DNA from: Azolla caroliniana
Lineage: Eukaryota; Plantae; Polypodiophyta
Length of the DNA stretch: 64,000 nt
Reading direction: 5' to 3'
Assembly (NCBI GenBank): GCA_043228905.1
Contig: JBHGNT010000001.1
Location: 19,902,001-19,966,000, forward strand
A program made the translations under genes and the position numbers. Below the pieces are notes generated by a model, which was not told the origin of the DNA, ran no database searches, and saw nothing but the letters and a program-made list of their open reading frames with translations. Numbering within the stretch: position 1 is the stretch's first letter; the number at the start of each line of letters is the position of its first letter. Shown piece by piece: positions 1 to 11,471 of the stretch.

Positions 1-51
1 AATTTGGGTGAACAATGAAGGGGCCAAGAAGGGTTCGACGTACAAGGTACT

Positions 52-68
52 GTCCCACGGGCGTGCCA
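52..68 (-). promoter_or_regulatory. PBS-like site complementary to tRNA-Arg(UCU) 3' end
   Basis: Minus strand reads TGGCACGCCCGTGGGAC, 2 nt from the LTR edge; matches the recalled plant Arg PBS TGGCACGCCCAGTGGGAC with a 1-nt gap. Confidence 0.55.
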
Positions 69-70
69 TG

Positions 71-568
71 TGTTACCGGCCGGCAAGGAGTCCAAAAATA
101 CGGAGTGAAGGAATTAATTAAGTATGGTTGTAATAAGCATAGTGTGGACGGACGGACTGGAAACGGTATGCCGTCTTCACAGACATGTCTATTTCACCGA
201 GTCTTTCTCCGAGACAGTGCCCAGATCGTTACGCCTTTCGTGCGGGTCGGATTTCCAGATCCGGACGGATCCCGAATAGGTGCGAGAGGCACCGTTTTGT
301 ACTAAGGGCCGGAAACTTATTTAAAGGCCCGGACCCCATTGTAATCACGGCGGATAATTAATAGAGCTTATGATGTTTATACTTCTGTCTTGATTTCCGT
401 TCTGTAATTACTGTTATATCTTACGCGTGTAATTAACTAAAGCACTCTAATCGTGTAACCTATGAAAGTCGTTGTAATCGTTGAATCTTAATCCTATGCC
501 GTAATCACCCTTTGGTGAAGTGTCTCCGTGACACCTTGTGTTAGGCCTTGTCCGGTCAGTGAATAACA
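71..568. repeat. LTR-like sequence (TGTTA...TAACA), orientation ambiguous
   Basis: Inverted termini tgtta (71) and taaca (568); TATA-like tatttaaagg near 318; no TSD; a PBS-like motif on each side. Confidence 0.55.
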
Positions 569-579
569 GTTCACCAAGA

Positions 580-1191
580 TGTCGAGGTATTCCTCGCGGA
601 TGCGTGGAATGAGGTGGAACCTCGGGGGTCCTGTACCAAAGAGCAAGAGAGGAGGGGAAGAATCCCTCTACGTGCGAGCGTAGATCCACAGGGACACGGC
701 CCTTCGACGCAAAGACGCAAGTGGGACAGTGACACAGAAAGACACGAATGTATGTATGTATTGACAAGACAAACAACAAGAACACGAAGACAACAAAACA
801 CGAAGTCGGTTACAACCGAACAGGCCGGCGAACAGATGTCGATACCTGCTCGTAAATGCACAGAGAGGAAGTAGTAGGTTGGAGGTGCTGCCGGAAGCGC
901 GAGCCTCCCGAAACCTGCACAGAAGGAAGCTATGGCGTTTGCAACCAGAAAGAGAGAGAGAGAAGCCTTCGCACGCAAACCGACAGCACTTCGTCCTCGA
1001 CTCTCCGCGATCCTCCGCCCCTCCTCGTCTCCCTCCTTTTATAGGCAAGGAAGGAGCCGTTTCCCCTTTACTCCCTACCTACCGAATCTACCTAGGATCT
1101 CCTATGTACAACTTAAGGCGCACGTGCATGAAGAGTCGGTTTCTACGCTCCGGTGCACCGATTCCGCTCGTGGACGGTTTTCTTCACGACA
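580..1191 (-). repeat. 5' LTR of a gypsy-type element, followed by a truncated tRNA-Trp PBS (569-576)
   Basis: Termini tgtcg...cgaca; reverse TATA cttttatagg near 1036; minus-strand TGGTGAAC 3 nt after the LTR; similar to the solo LTR at 30880. Confidence 0.7.
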
Positions 1192-2016
1192 ACGTTGTCA
1201 TAGGTTGCTCAGCTCCTGTCGGAGTTGAAGCTTTCTAGCTGTAGTGCTTGCAGCGAAAATCTTCTTTGATTTCCCCAAGAATCTTTCGGCTTTTTTGCAT
1301 CCCGAATGTAGCTTAGGAGTTGTTCGGCCCACAAAAGACACGAAGCAGTACAGTACTCTGCTTGCCGACTATTCCCATGCCGGGAAATCTTTGTGTGTCG
1401 ATTCGGGTGATGTGTCATTTGCTCCGTCGACATAGCTCCAGTAACTGTGCCCGAGCAGGTACTGGTGCATCTTGTAGGACCAAAACGCATAGTTGTTTCT
1501 GTCGAGCTTCTCGGTAGGAAGCGAGTTGGCCATCCCTCTATCCATTTTGTTCTTTTTTTTTTCTTCTTAGTTAGTTTTCTTTTCAAGCTATGTTGGTTGC
1601 AGAGGTTCTCAACCCTCGAGCTCTGATACCATGTGAAAGATTATGTGCGGAAGCAATAGAAAACCGAACACAAAAAACAGGCAGGTTTAATGGAGAGCTT
1701 GAATATACACAGTACATGGGAGAGACAGAGAGAACACACAAAACTCTATTCCAAAACAATACTCTAAAATGATGTACATAGGATGTGCTCAGAGAGCACT
1801 TTTATACAAGTCTATACGGACTGATAGAAGTACTGACACGTATTTCAATGCTCATAATTGAGCTCTACACTAACTCCCAAAATATATTCCTACGCGGAAT
1901 ATCTTTCTAACGGCCTCGCGGTTTACGCACCGGTCCGGCCTAACCGATCGGCCCCAACCGATCCGGTTCTCGACTTGCACAGACGATTCGGCCAATGTTG
2001 AGCCTGTATCTCAACA
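1192..2016 (-). mobile_element. Copia family A copy 1: 5' LTR (1632-2016), PBS and start of gag
   Basis: PBS TGGTATCAGAGC at 1620-1631 (minus) abutting the LTR; gag-like YIRDAKKPKDSWGN; LTR similar to 34602-35040. Confidence 0.85.
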
Positions 2017-3535
2017 GATCTCTTGTGGGGAAAAGGCAAATGCTTTCCCGTGCCACTTCAACAGAGTTGATCGGAATCACTATGTTGAGTTGCAGTTTCG
2101 ATTCGATGACTTTCTCCATTTCCCCATCAAATGATATTATCTCCATGTACCTGTTTATTGCCTCTTCCTCATTCATAATCCCGATTTCTCTAAGTTTTTA
2201 CTATAAGATTTCTATTTTAATATCTCCTCCGTTAATGGTTCTAAATTTACACATTCCATTTTCAAGAAACAAGACTTCCTTTTCATTAATGGGGTGACAA
2301 CTTTTATTACATTGACTGGAAACATAATAAGATGTCTTGGACTATTGTTGTCCCTCTCCCTAATAGCTCGAATTAAAAATCCTCCCTATATTCTTTCCCT
2401 AACCTATGCCTATTTCTCTCATGGTTTGGTCGCACGGTGAGGAATTAAACCAAGCTTGTCCCATCCTGACTTCCTATCCACGCATAGGCCGAGCCAAAAC
2501 ATTATCAAGTACTTTTGTCTCCATCTGGGATGTTGTAATGTAAGGATTGCCAAGGATGACAAGATGTGACCCTTACCTTAACGTTATTTTAGGCCCCATG
2601 AAGCTCTTCCATCGCCCTTCTAGTTGCTCGAGTCTTCCACCCATGCCTAGTATTAATGGGCCTACAACCTTTCTGATAGAAGTCAAGCGACATGAGCTTG
2701 ATCTCCGAGCCATGATCAATCAACGTCACCACTGGATCTCGGTAGTGGTTCTAGCCCAATGTGGCATTACAAAATGGCTATCCATAAATTCTTTTTCAAT
2801 TTCGAGACCTTCCTTTGTGATAGCACTCGTTGAGACATTTGCCGGTTTGGCTCCTTCTTCAGTTGTTGTCAATCTCATCGTTTTCATTAAGTCTCCTTCT
2901 CTGCAATTCCCAGGATTTCCCATAGTGTGAACTCGATTCGGCTATCCAGGATCCTTTCTTCCATCACACACTTAAACTTGGTGGTTTGCTCTATTTCTTA
3001 TTGGAGCTTGAATGTTTGATTTATTTTTTCTTTCCCTTTTTCAAACATTGTCCGAGATAGTGATGACTCTTCTCTTCTTTGAACAATTTCCCTCATTTCA
3101 TGCTTCTTTGAAGAGTCTTCTTGGTCATCTGGTCTTTTTCGTTTCTCTTCATCTAGGATGTTGTAGTTTTGACACATGGACTCCACGAAGCTAGACTTCT
3201 CCTCCACGGGGTCCTCCCATCCCATCATTGCTTGGACTCTTTGTTGCGCTTTGAACGCCTCGTTCATGCAGAGATTCCCTTTCCTAAATTGGTTCAATAT
3301 GATCGGCCAAAACTCTCCTACTTGAGACTCTCCGCCTCTCGTCTCGTGTCCAGCTTGGGGGTCTCAGACCAAAGATCTGGTGGGAGTAGGAAGGTCGTCC
3401 TAATATTTTCGTCGGATCGGTGTCCAGATGGGTTCTCGGATGTTGGACAGCTAGCACACGGGTTCGGAGATTAGTTTGCTCTGGACCGGTTTTTGGATAA
3501 TGAGCAACAAGCACGTGGCTTGGGACTCAGTTAAA
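2017..3535 (-). pseudogene. Degraded gypsy gag/protease region (non-chromovirus)
   Basis: Fragments HWARTTTEIQW and LIDHGSEI (2700-2725), homologous to 33783-34379; many stops. Confidence 0.65.
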
Positions 3536-4125
3536 TGTGAGCAACAAACGGAGATGCACGCACAACACAGAGAACGCAACCGGATACAACAAAACGAAAT
3601 AGATTATAACTAGGGAAGAATACAACCGGACTGGGCTAGTAACAGAGCTTGGGCGCCCTCGAAACACGTACACACACAGAAACACGGAATGATGAACCTG
3701 TGGTTGGGAGCTCACGGGCTTCCTGAGCAAGCAAAGGCTTCACCTTCTACTTTGGATCAGTATAGGGCTCAAGGCCAAACAGAGATGAGAGAGACGAGAG
3801 GAGCTCGGCGCTCGGCGCTCAAACCGACAACACTTCCTCCTCCCCAAAGGTGGATCCCTAAAAAGGTCTCCAACCTCCCCTTTTATAGAACAAGGGGAGG
3901 TTGTTAAATCATCAATAAAGACAGTCTCTTTCTATCCTACCCGATTCTCTCCTTGATCTCCTCCCTCAATCACCATTATTCCTTTAAGTGTGCGACCATA
4001 AAGTACCTGTCACTCAACTATTCACATATATTTGTACATGTCACTTTATTTGTGTGCATCCGTGCACACACCCGTTCACGCACATCCGGTTTCTTCTATC
4101 TCTATGGCCGGAATCCGTCACGACA
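3536..4125 (-). repeat. 3' LTR of the gypsy element
   Basis: TG...CA termini, adjacent PPT, reverse TATA cttttataga near 3880. Confidence 0.75.
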
Positions 4126-6200
4126 TCCACCCCCACCAAACCGCACATCCTCTTGAATGTGCCAAGTTGTGAAATGGTGGGGATTCTGGCTATTCTCTAT
4201 TTCATCTCCAATCCGTCGTCGGTCCGGTCTTCATCCGACACCTCGCCCTCACTAGCACTTCCGTCTTGGATCTCTGGATCCGGTTCCGTTGCATGTCGTT
4301 CCTTGAAGGCCTTTATCCATTTCCCCGCAACCGGTACCGCCATCCTCATCCCGTTGAGCTTCGCAAGGTGGTAGGTCACATTCTCATTCGTGCTCATCGC
4401 CATGTAAGGCCCAATCCATCATTGCACAAACATCCAAGTCGACTGGTGATGATTGTCGAGATTGCTATCATAGAGCAGCACCTAGTCGCCTTCCTCAATC
4501 TTCTTCAGCCGGAGCCGGTGTGTCCGGTCAAATAGGCCCTTGTTCTTCTTCCGTGCCATCAACAGTTTTGCCTTTGCTTGTTCCACATCCTTCAGCTCTA
4601 CCGGCATGATAGGTTTCTATCCGAACATAAGTTCCGCCTGCATGTACCCAATTACCGAACTATGCGTAGTTTGGTCGGCCCATAGTGTGTAAGGTTGGAG
4701 CCTCGGCTAGTTTCCCACTCGACCATCACATGCTCGTACTAGCGCTTTAACGATCGGTTCGTGCCCGCGTTCGACCTTCCCATTGGCTTCTGGGTTGTAC
4801 GTCGTGGTGAGTGAAAGATTTATCCCTAGTTGGTTGAACAACTCCTCAGCTTCTAGCGCGTCCAACTCCCCTTGGTCGGTCATGAGTTTACCCACACACC
4901 CGTACTAGCAAATTAGATCTTCAACAAGGAACCGGAAAACCGCGGTATTCGTTTGGTTCGTTAGGGCTCGGCCTTCTACCTAGTTCATCAATTCTTCTCT
5001 CGTGAGCACTAGGTACAACATCTGTCCTACCCCGTCGGCATCATCACAAAATCGACCATCCACTTGAAGCGATTGGTTGGCAGGTAGGTCGGGTGCCTCT
5101 CATCACGTTGTCGGATACCGGAATGCATCTAAAAGCTTTCGTATACTACCCATACATCTCCTTCAGCTTCTTGAATGTGGCCCACCTTCCCCGGTGTCTA
5201 GACCAAGGGCTCTTCATGGAATTCCGAAAGGAGCACCCTTTGCTCTTCTTTCTTCATCACCACCCTGAGTGGGTCTCTTTGGGTGCTTCCATATCTTACC
5301 ATTCCGTAGGAAGAAATAGTAAGCCTTCTTCTGTATCTGACTCCCTTCATCTTTCGTCCATGTCGCGTCCGGCCCCAATGTGCTTAGGAACTTGCCAATC
5401 TGGAGCCACTCCCCATCGCAATCATTCTCGTCGAACTCGCTTAGGGCCAGAGTTCTCCACTCATTTGTCAGCATTTGAATCGACTCAAAGAATTCCACGC
5501 TGATCTCTTCGTTTTCTGATACCATGTCATGCTCGTTCTCGAACTCTGTTCTTGAAAGCATATCAGCCATGGTGTTGTCCTTTCTGAAGATGTGTCGTAT
5601 CTCCAGGTTCAAGGACTTGATGTACGCGATCCACCTCAGCATCGCCATGTCCAGAGTCGCGCATCCGGAAACCATACCGAGAATCGGTAGGCAGTCCAAC
5701 TCGATTATCCCTTCCGTCCCGATCAAGTAGTCTTTATCAGCCTTGCCTGCCGAAACAATACCCCAGAGTTCGCATTTAACATGGGTGTATCCTCGTTGAC
5801 GCTTGCTCAGCACCTTTGCACCAAATTAGGTGGGGACCAGCGTGCCGTCCTCGCCTTCCTGATTAACCACCAACCTAATTTCGATTCGACTCATATCCAC
5901 TGTCACGTAAACCGGAGTGTCCTTCTTGTACACCGCTTGTGGTAGGGTGCACATACAAACTAGGTCGATAGAGGTTCACCTCGTCGTGACATCTCTATTC
6001 TCCACGTCTAGCTAGAATTGTTCATACCCCGAGTATAGGTCTCCGACTGAGTCAATCAACCTCCCTGTGAAGGCCTCCGCTGACTAATCGATCATCGACC
6101 CGATTCCTATGTTTCGAATGGGCACATTGTTGACTAGCTACAAGTCCTGAATGAAGCGGAGTGTGCCGTTCTTCCTTGGCACCATTTAAATCATCGATTC

Positions 6201-6589
6201 TGTAAACGATTACTTGCAGAAGTGTTAGAAAAATAGAGAAATTAGGGAAAACACAGAGTACGCGGGAGAGACAGAGAGAGCAGAACGTAAAAGCTATATT
6301 CAAAAACGATATATGCCTCTGTCATTTACAATTGTGCTCAGTAGCACTATTTATACAAGTCCTCATGGAACTGACAAAAGTACTATGTACTTCAATGCTC
6401 ACACGAGCTTCTGACACTTACTACGAGACTATAATTGCCTAGTAGTCTAAACTAATACTAGGCTTTTGGTTACCCTAACTGGCTCCCCAGCTCACCGGCT
6501 TTGTTGCTTTCCGGGTTACTGATCCGTCTTGCTTGCCGGCTCAGGCTTATTCAGCCGATCCTGCTCCAGTTGAGCTTGCCACTTCAACA
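6201..6589 (-). repeat. 3' LTR of copia A copy 2
   Basis: Direct repeat of 17039-17439; PPT adjacent. Confidence 0.95.
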
Positions 6590-9500
6590 CTCCCCCTCAA
6601 GCTCAACTTGAGGTTGGATCCTAGTGTCAGTCTCTGTGGCAATCGGTTCTTCCAACCGACTTCTCCTGGCGTCGCTCCGCCTTGCTCGCGCTCCTCGTCC
6701 GGTCCGGTTCTGTTTGCCGCCACCCCTCTTGTTCTGCGCGCCTCGACCTTCTCGATCGGTATGTCTGCTCAATAGGCCCCTCTCAACTCCTTAGTTGCTA
6801 TGACTCTGGCACTTATCGATCAGTCAGTTCCTCTGCGATGGCAGCTACTTCCGCTGCATCTGTGTCTGCTTGGCCTTGAATTGATCCGGTTCTTCTGAAT
6901 CTGTCTTTTGAACCGAATCGACTGTCTCCGATTCGTTCCAGCTCTTGTCGGAATCGGTGGCTCCCGATTCGTCTTCTGGTTGCAAGCCCTTCTGATAATG
7001 CACTTCTATGTGCTTCGTGCGAGCATGGAACACAGGGTTCTTGGCGAGTGGCATGCTACTTATGTTGTTGCAGTAGAACAAAATCGGGGTCGGTACCTTG
7101 ATCCGTAAGTCTTGCAACAGTCGCCGAAGCTAGATGGCTTCACAGGTGGCAATGGTAACGCCTCGATACTCAGCCTCAGTGCTCGACAGAGCAACAGTTG
7201 GCTGTTTTTTGCTACTCCATGCAACAGTCGTGCTACCTAGGGAAAACATGTAACTGGAGGTTGATCAGCGATCTGATGCATCGCCGACCCAGTCGGCATC
7301 CATGTAACCGACGAGCTCTTCGATTATACCTCGCCGGGGTAATAGTCCCCAGTCCTTCATGCCGCTTACATATCGCAGTATCCGTTGTGCGCACTGAAGG
7401 TGCTCCACGGTCGGCTTCTGCATGAATTGACTTATCATTCCGGCCGGATAGCTGATGTTGGGTCACGTTATAGTCAAGTAAATAAGGCTTCCGTCGATTT
7501 GTCGGAACCGTTTTTCATTGCAGGCCGGTCTAGAATTGGGATGAAGCTTCTGGTTCCGGTCCAAGGGTGTGGACACAGGTCGGCATTCTGTCATGCCGAA
7601 CTTGTACAACATATTCAAGACGTAATGTCGTTGTGAGAGCAATATGTCGTCCGGGGTTCGGATCACCTCGAGCCCTAGAAAATAATGAAGGTCCCCCAGA
7701 TCCTTCATCTCAAATGTGTCTGACAACTAGGACTTGACGTGGTTGATTTCTGGAACTCCTGGTCCGGTGATGACTAGATCATTAACATACAACAGTATAC
7801 ACACCGGACCGGCTAAGCCTTGCCGGATGAACAATGAAGAGTCCAATTTGGAGGCCACAAACCCCATCTTACGCAACTAGTGCGTGATCTTCGCATTCCA
7901 ATATCGAGGGGCTTGCTTCGGGCCGTACAACGACTTCTTCAGCTGGCATACTGCCGACATGTTCATCTTCGATTCAAAGCCGGGGGGCTGAGTCATCAAG
8001 ACTTCTTCTTCAAGATCACCCTGAAGAAACGCATTCTTCACATCCATCTAGTGAAGATGCAACCCCCTTGTTGCAGCAACCGCCAACACCACATAAACCG
8101 TCGTTATCTTCGCTACCAGAGCGAAGGTCTCGTCGTAGTCGATTCCGTGGGTTTGCGCATATCCCTTCGCCACTAACCGGGCTTTATACCGGTTAACAGA
8201 ACCGTCGACGTTGTACTTTACCTTGTATATCCACTTGCATCCGATCGGTTTACAGTGACGAGGAGGGTCAACCAGGTCCCATGTCTTGTTGACATCAAGC
8301 GCCCGTATTTCTTCTTCCATAGCGGCATGCCAATTTCCGTCCTTGGCCGCTTCTGCGTAGCTCTCCGGCTCACGCATTTCCGCCACCTTAGTCATGTATG
8401 CATAGTGATGCGCCATGTACTCATTGTACCCGTACCGCTTGACGGGATCCTTGTGGTGGGTGGACCGACATCCTTCTTGGCCGGTTCGGTCTTCGTTGCT
8501 GAAGATCCGCCTTTCTCCTTGCCGGAGTCGAATGCACACTGATCTGACTCATCGTTGCCGGTTTCGAATTCCGACATCTTCTTCTTCCCCTTCTCTTTGC
8601 GCGTGAACCGTCGCCTCGGTTCCTTGCGCGGGGAGTGCATGACAGAGTCTCCACTACTCGCCGGTTCCTCATTGAACTGGTCGGATTGACTCAATCTCTC
8701 GTTTGGCCCGCTCAACCGGAACGATTCTGGAGTCTCATCTAGAGTCCACGCTTCATCATCCTCTACCTGGGCCGGTTCAGGCTCACTAGCCTCATCCACC
8801 GGCACCGGGTTGGATTCAGAAGTCGAAGCTGGTAAGGAGTACCACGATGCCGATTCATCGAACTCGACATCTTGACTAACTCGGACCTGCTTTGTCCGGT
8901 GGTTATAACACTATTAACCTTTCTGCTCTTGAGCATAGCCGATTAGGATGCATTTTTCTGATTTTGCATCCAGCTTCCTCCGCTTCTCTTTCGGTACATG
9001 CACATATGTAATGCTACCGAAGATCTTAAGGTGTCTCTAATTTGGCTTGCGTCCGAAATACAGCTCGTGAGCTGACACCTTGTCACCAATCAGGTTCTAG
9101 ATGTAAACAGTCGTACGGACTGCCTCCGCCCAGTAGAATTTGGGCATGCTCTTCTCCTCCAGCAATACCCTTGCCGCATTGATAAGAGACCGGTTCTTCC
9201 TTTCAGCAACACCGTTCTGTTGGGGTGTGTATCTGCAGCCGAACTCTCGCCGAATACCCTTTTGCTACAGATAACTGTTGAATTGGCCGGAAAAGTACTC
9301 TTTTCCGCCATCCGACCGCAGGCATTTGATCTTCCTCTCTGATTCCCGTTCCACCATGCTTTGGAGACTCCGGAAACACTCGAAGACTTCACTCTTCCGC
9401 TCAATGAGGTAGATCCATGTGTGCCGCATATAGTCGTCGATGAAGGAGATGAAATATCGACTCCCGCCAAGACTAACATTCTGTGCCGGTCCCGACACAT

Positions 9501-9763
9501 CCGAATGGATAAGGTCAAGCTTGTTACGACTCCGGTTACGTTCAGTGGGGAATGGAAGCCGGTGTTGCTTCCCGAGTTGGCAAGCTTCACATACTTGGGC
9601 CTTCCGGCCGCTAAACTTTGGAAAACCGAAAACAACTTGTTTCATTTGCAGGTCTTGAAGCCTCCGGTAAATTTACGTGGCCTATCCGCTTGTGCCACAG
9701 GTAAATGTCCAATTTGACATTCTGTCCTTTTGCAAATAGAGCGGTGCCGACGTCATTGGTGTC

Positions 9764-10214
9764 TGTCATAATGTGGCAAGACTCGGACCCATGACCTTAT
9801 GCTACATGGGTCGAGCTCTTACCATTAGACTATGAATTGTAATACGAAGGATATTATTTTCATTTATGCTTTATCATAGAAAATTGATGTATATTCCAGA
9901 TCTCTCTGGAACATTCTAGAAGCTTCAGGATTATTCCTGAGAACACTATAAAAGAGGGCACTAGGCATTATGTTGAACCAAATTGGTTCAACGCCAGTCT
10001 TAAGCCTTTTAGCAATTTTGTACTTATCCTTCACATAATATATTGGTTGTCATCATCATCTCTCTCTCTCTCTCTCATCCTCGCTATCTCTCCTTTCGCT
10101 TCTCTCTTTCTCTCTCTCTCTCTCGAGAGTCTTACGCAGTCCCGTCCTCTTAGTACTAATAGTATTGCTCTTCTTTAGTACTAATTCTATCTCTGCTTAG
10201 TACTATTCCTGACA
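9764..10214 (+). repeat. 5' LTR of chromovirus 1
   Basis: Near-identical to 15169-15621; TATAAAA at 9947-9953. Confidence 0.97.
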
Positions 10215-10216
10215 GT

Positions 10217-10228
10217 TTGAACCAATTT
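10217..10228 (+). promoter_or_regulatory. Self-priming PBS (not a tRNA match)
   Basis: TTGAACCAATTT is the exact reverse complement of AAATTGGTTCAA at 9980-9991, 33 nt from the TATA start. Confidence 0.85.
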
Positions 10229-10281
10229 TTCTCCAACCTACTTGTCGTTCTCCCTCATCCTCCTACCCTTTTCCCTATACT

Positions 10282-11439
10282 ATGGCTACTATTAGCGCCC
10301 AAGAATATCAATCCGTTTTCTCCGAGCTACAGTGCTTAAAAGAAAAATTTGTTGCCTTGGAACAAGAAAACCAACGACTGATAGGGGATCTGCAACAAAT
10401 CGCTCTAGAAAAACAACAAACGCAGCAACAGCATGGGGAGTTAGCATTACGGGTGCAACAACTCGAAGCGGCATTGCAACAACAAGGATCAAGTCCCCAA
10501 GGATTTCATAAATAGCCGAAGATTGGACTTCCGGTGAAATTTGATGGAACGCGATCACAATTTAGGGGATTCCTTAATCAGGTACGATTAGTCCTCCAAA
10601 TGCATCCTTCCCGTTATCCCAATGATGAATCCCGAGTTGGCTTAATAGGCACATTGCTTAGCGGCTCAGCCTTAGCATGGTTCGCTCCGCTTCTAGAAAA
10701 ACAATCGCCTTTGCTTAATAACTTTGAATATTTTATTAGTGAGTTTAAAGCCTGCTTTGGAGACACCGATAGCATCAGGACGGCGATCAACAAGATCCGG
10801 CGATTGCGTCAAGGCGATCGTCCAGCCTCTGCCTACGCGGCGGATTTCCGCCTACTTGCTTCAGATATACCCTGGGATGATCAAGCACTAATGGAGCAGT
10901 TTCGCTATGGCTTGCGAAACGATGTCAAAGATCTACTTCTAACTTTCCCCGAAGAACCAAAGTCTCTTACGGAGGCAATCAGTCGAGCGGTCCGATGTGA
11001 CAACCGCCTTTTCGAATGGCATTCAGAACGTCAATTATAGATACCACGCTCTAGGCTGGAGACCACTTACGCCGTAGTCGCGGCTAAACCGTTTGCACGA
11101 GACATACCTCAAACAAATACTTCGACACTGATGGAGATCAATACCATGCGTCGACGCGGCCCGTTATCGGAAGAAGAAAAGCAACAACGACGTGCCAATC
11201 GATTATGTCTTTATTGCAGTGGACCAGGACATATCGCCATCAATTGTCCCCATAGGCCAAGAAGACAGGTAAATCAAATCGTCGCCTGTACTAAACCCGA
11301 GTCAATTCTTCCCTTCGGAGTGTCTGATAGTATTAATAGTACTAATAGAGTGTCAGATAGTATTCATAGTACTAATAGCCCAAGTATCTCAAATAAATTT
11401 GAAATCCTTAGTCAATTAGATGAAGAGTTAAACGATTGA
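10282..11439 (+). pseudogene. gag: Chromovirus 1 gag, with in-frame stops
   Basis: Coiled-coil N-terminus, KFDGTRSQFRGFLNQ capsid-like region, CCHC knuckle; collinear with 58914-60041. Confidence 0.9.
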
Positions 11440-11471
11440 GTCCAACCAAAATAGGAGCCGTTTGGTTGGAC
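11427..11471 (+). promoter_or_regulatory. Putative -1 ribosomal frameshift signal
   Basis: G_TTA_AAC in the gag frame, 6-nt spacer, perfect 11-bp stem GTCCAACCAAA/TTTGGTTGGAC; pol lies in the -1 frame. Confidence 0.8.

Noticed and set aside
15-1238. Overlapping short ORFs as host genes
   Set aside because: They lie inside LTRs and have no conserved motifs. The same holds for most antisense ORFs in the track.
3500-4140. Tandem gypsy elements sharing a central LTR
   Set aside because: No recognisable PBS on the 3535 side; nesting in another gypsy copy is simpler, though no TSD could be confirmed.
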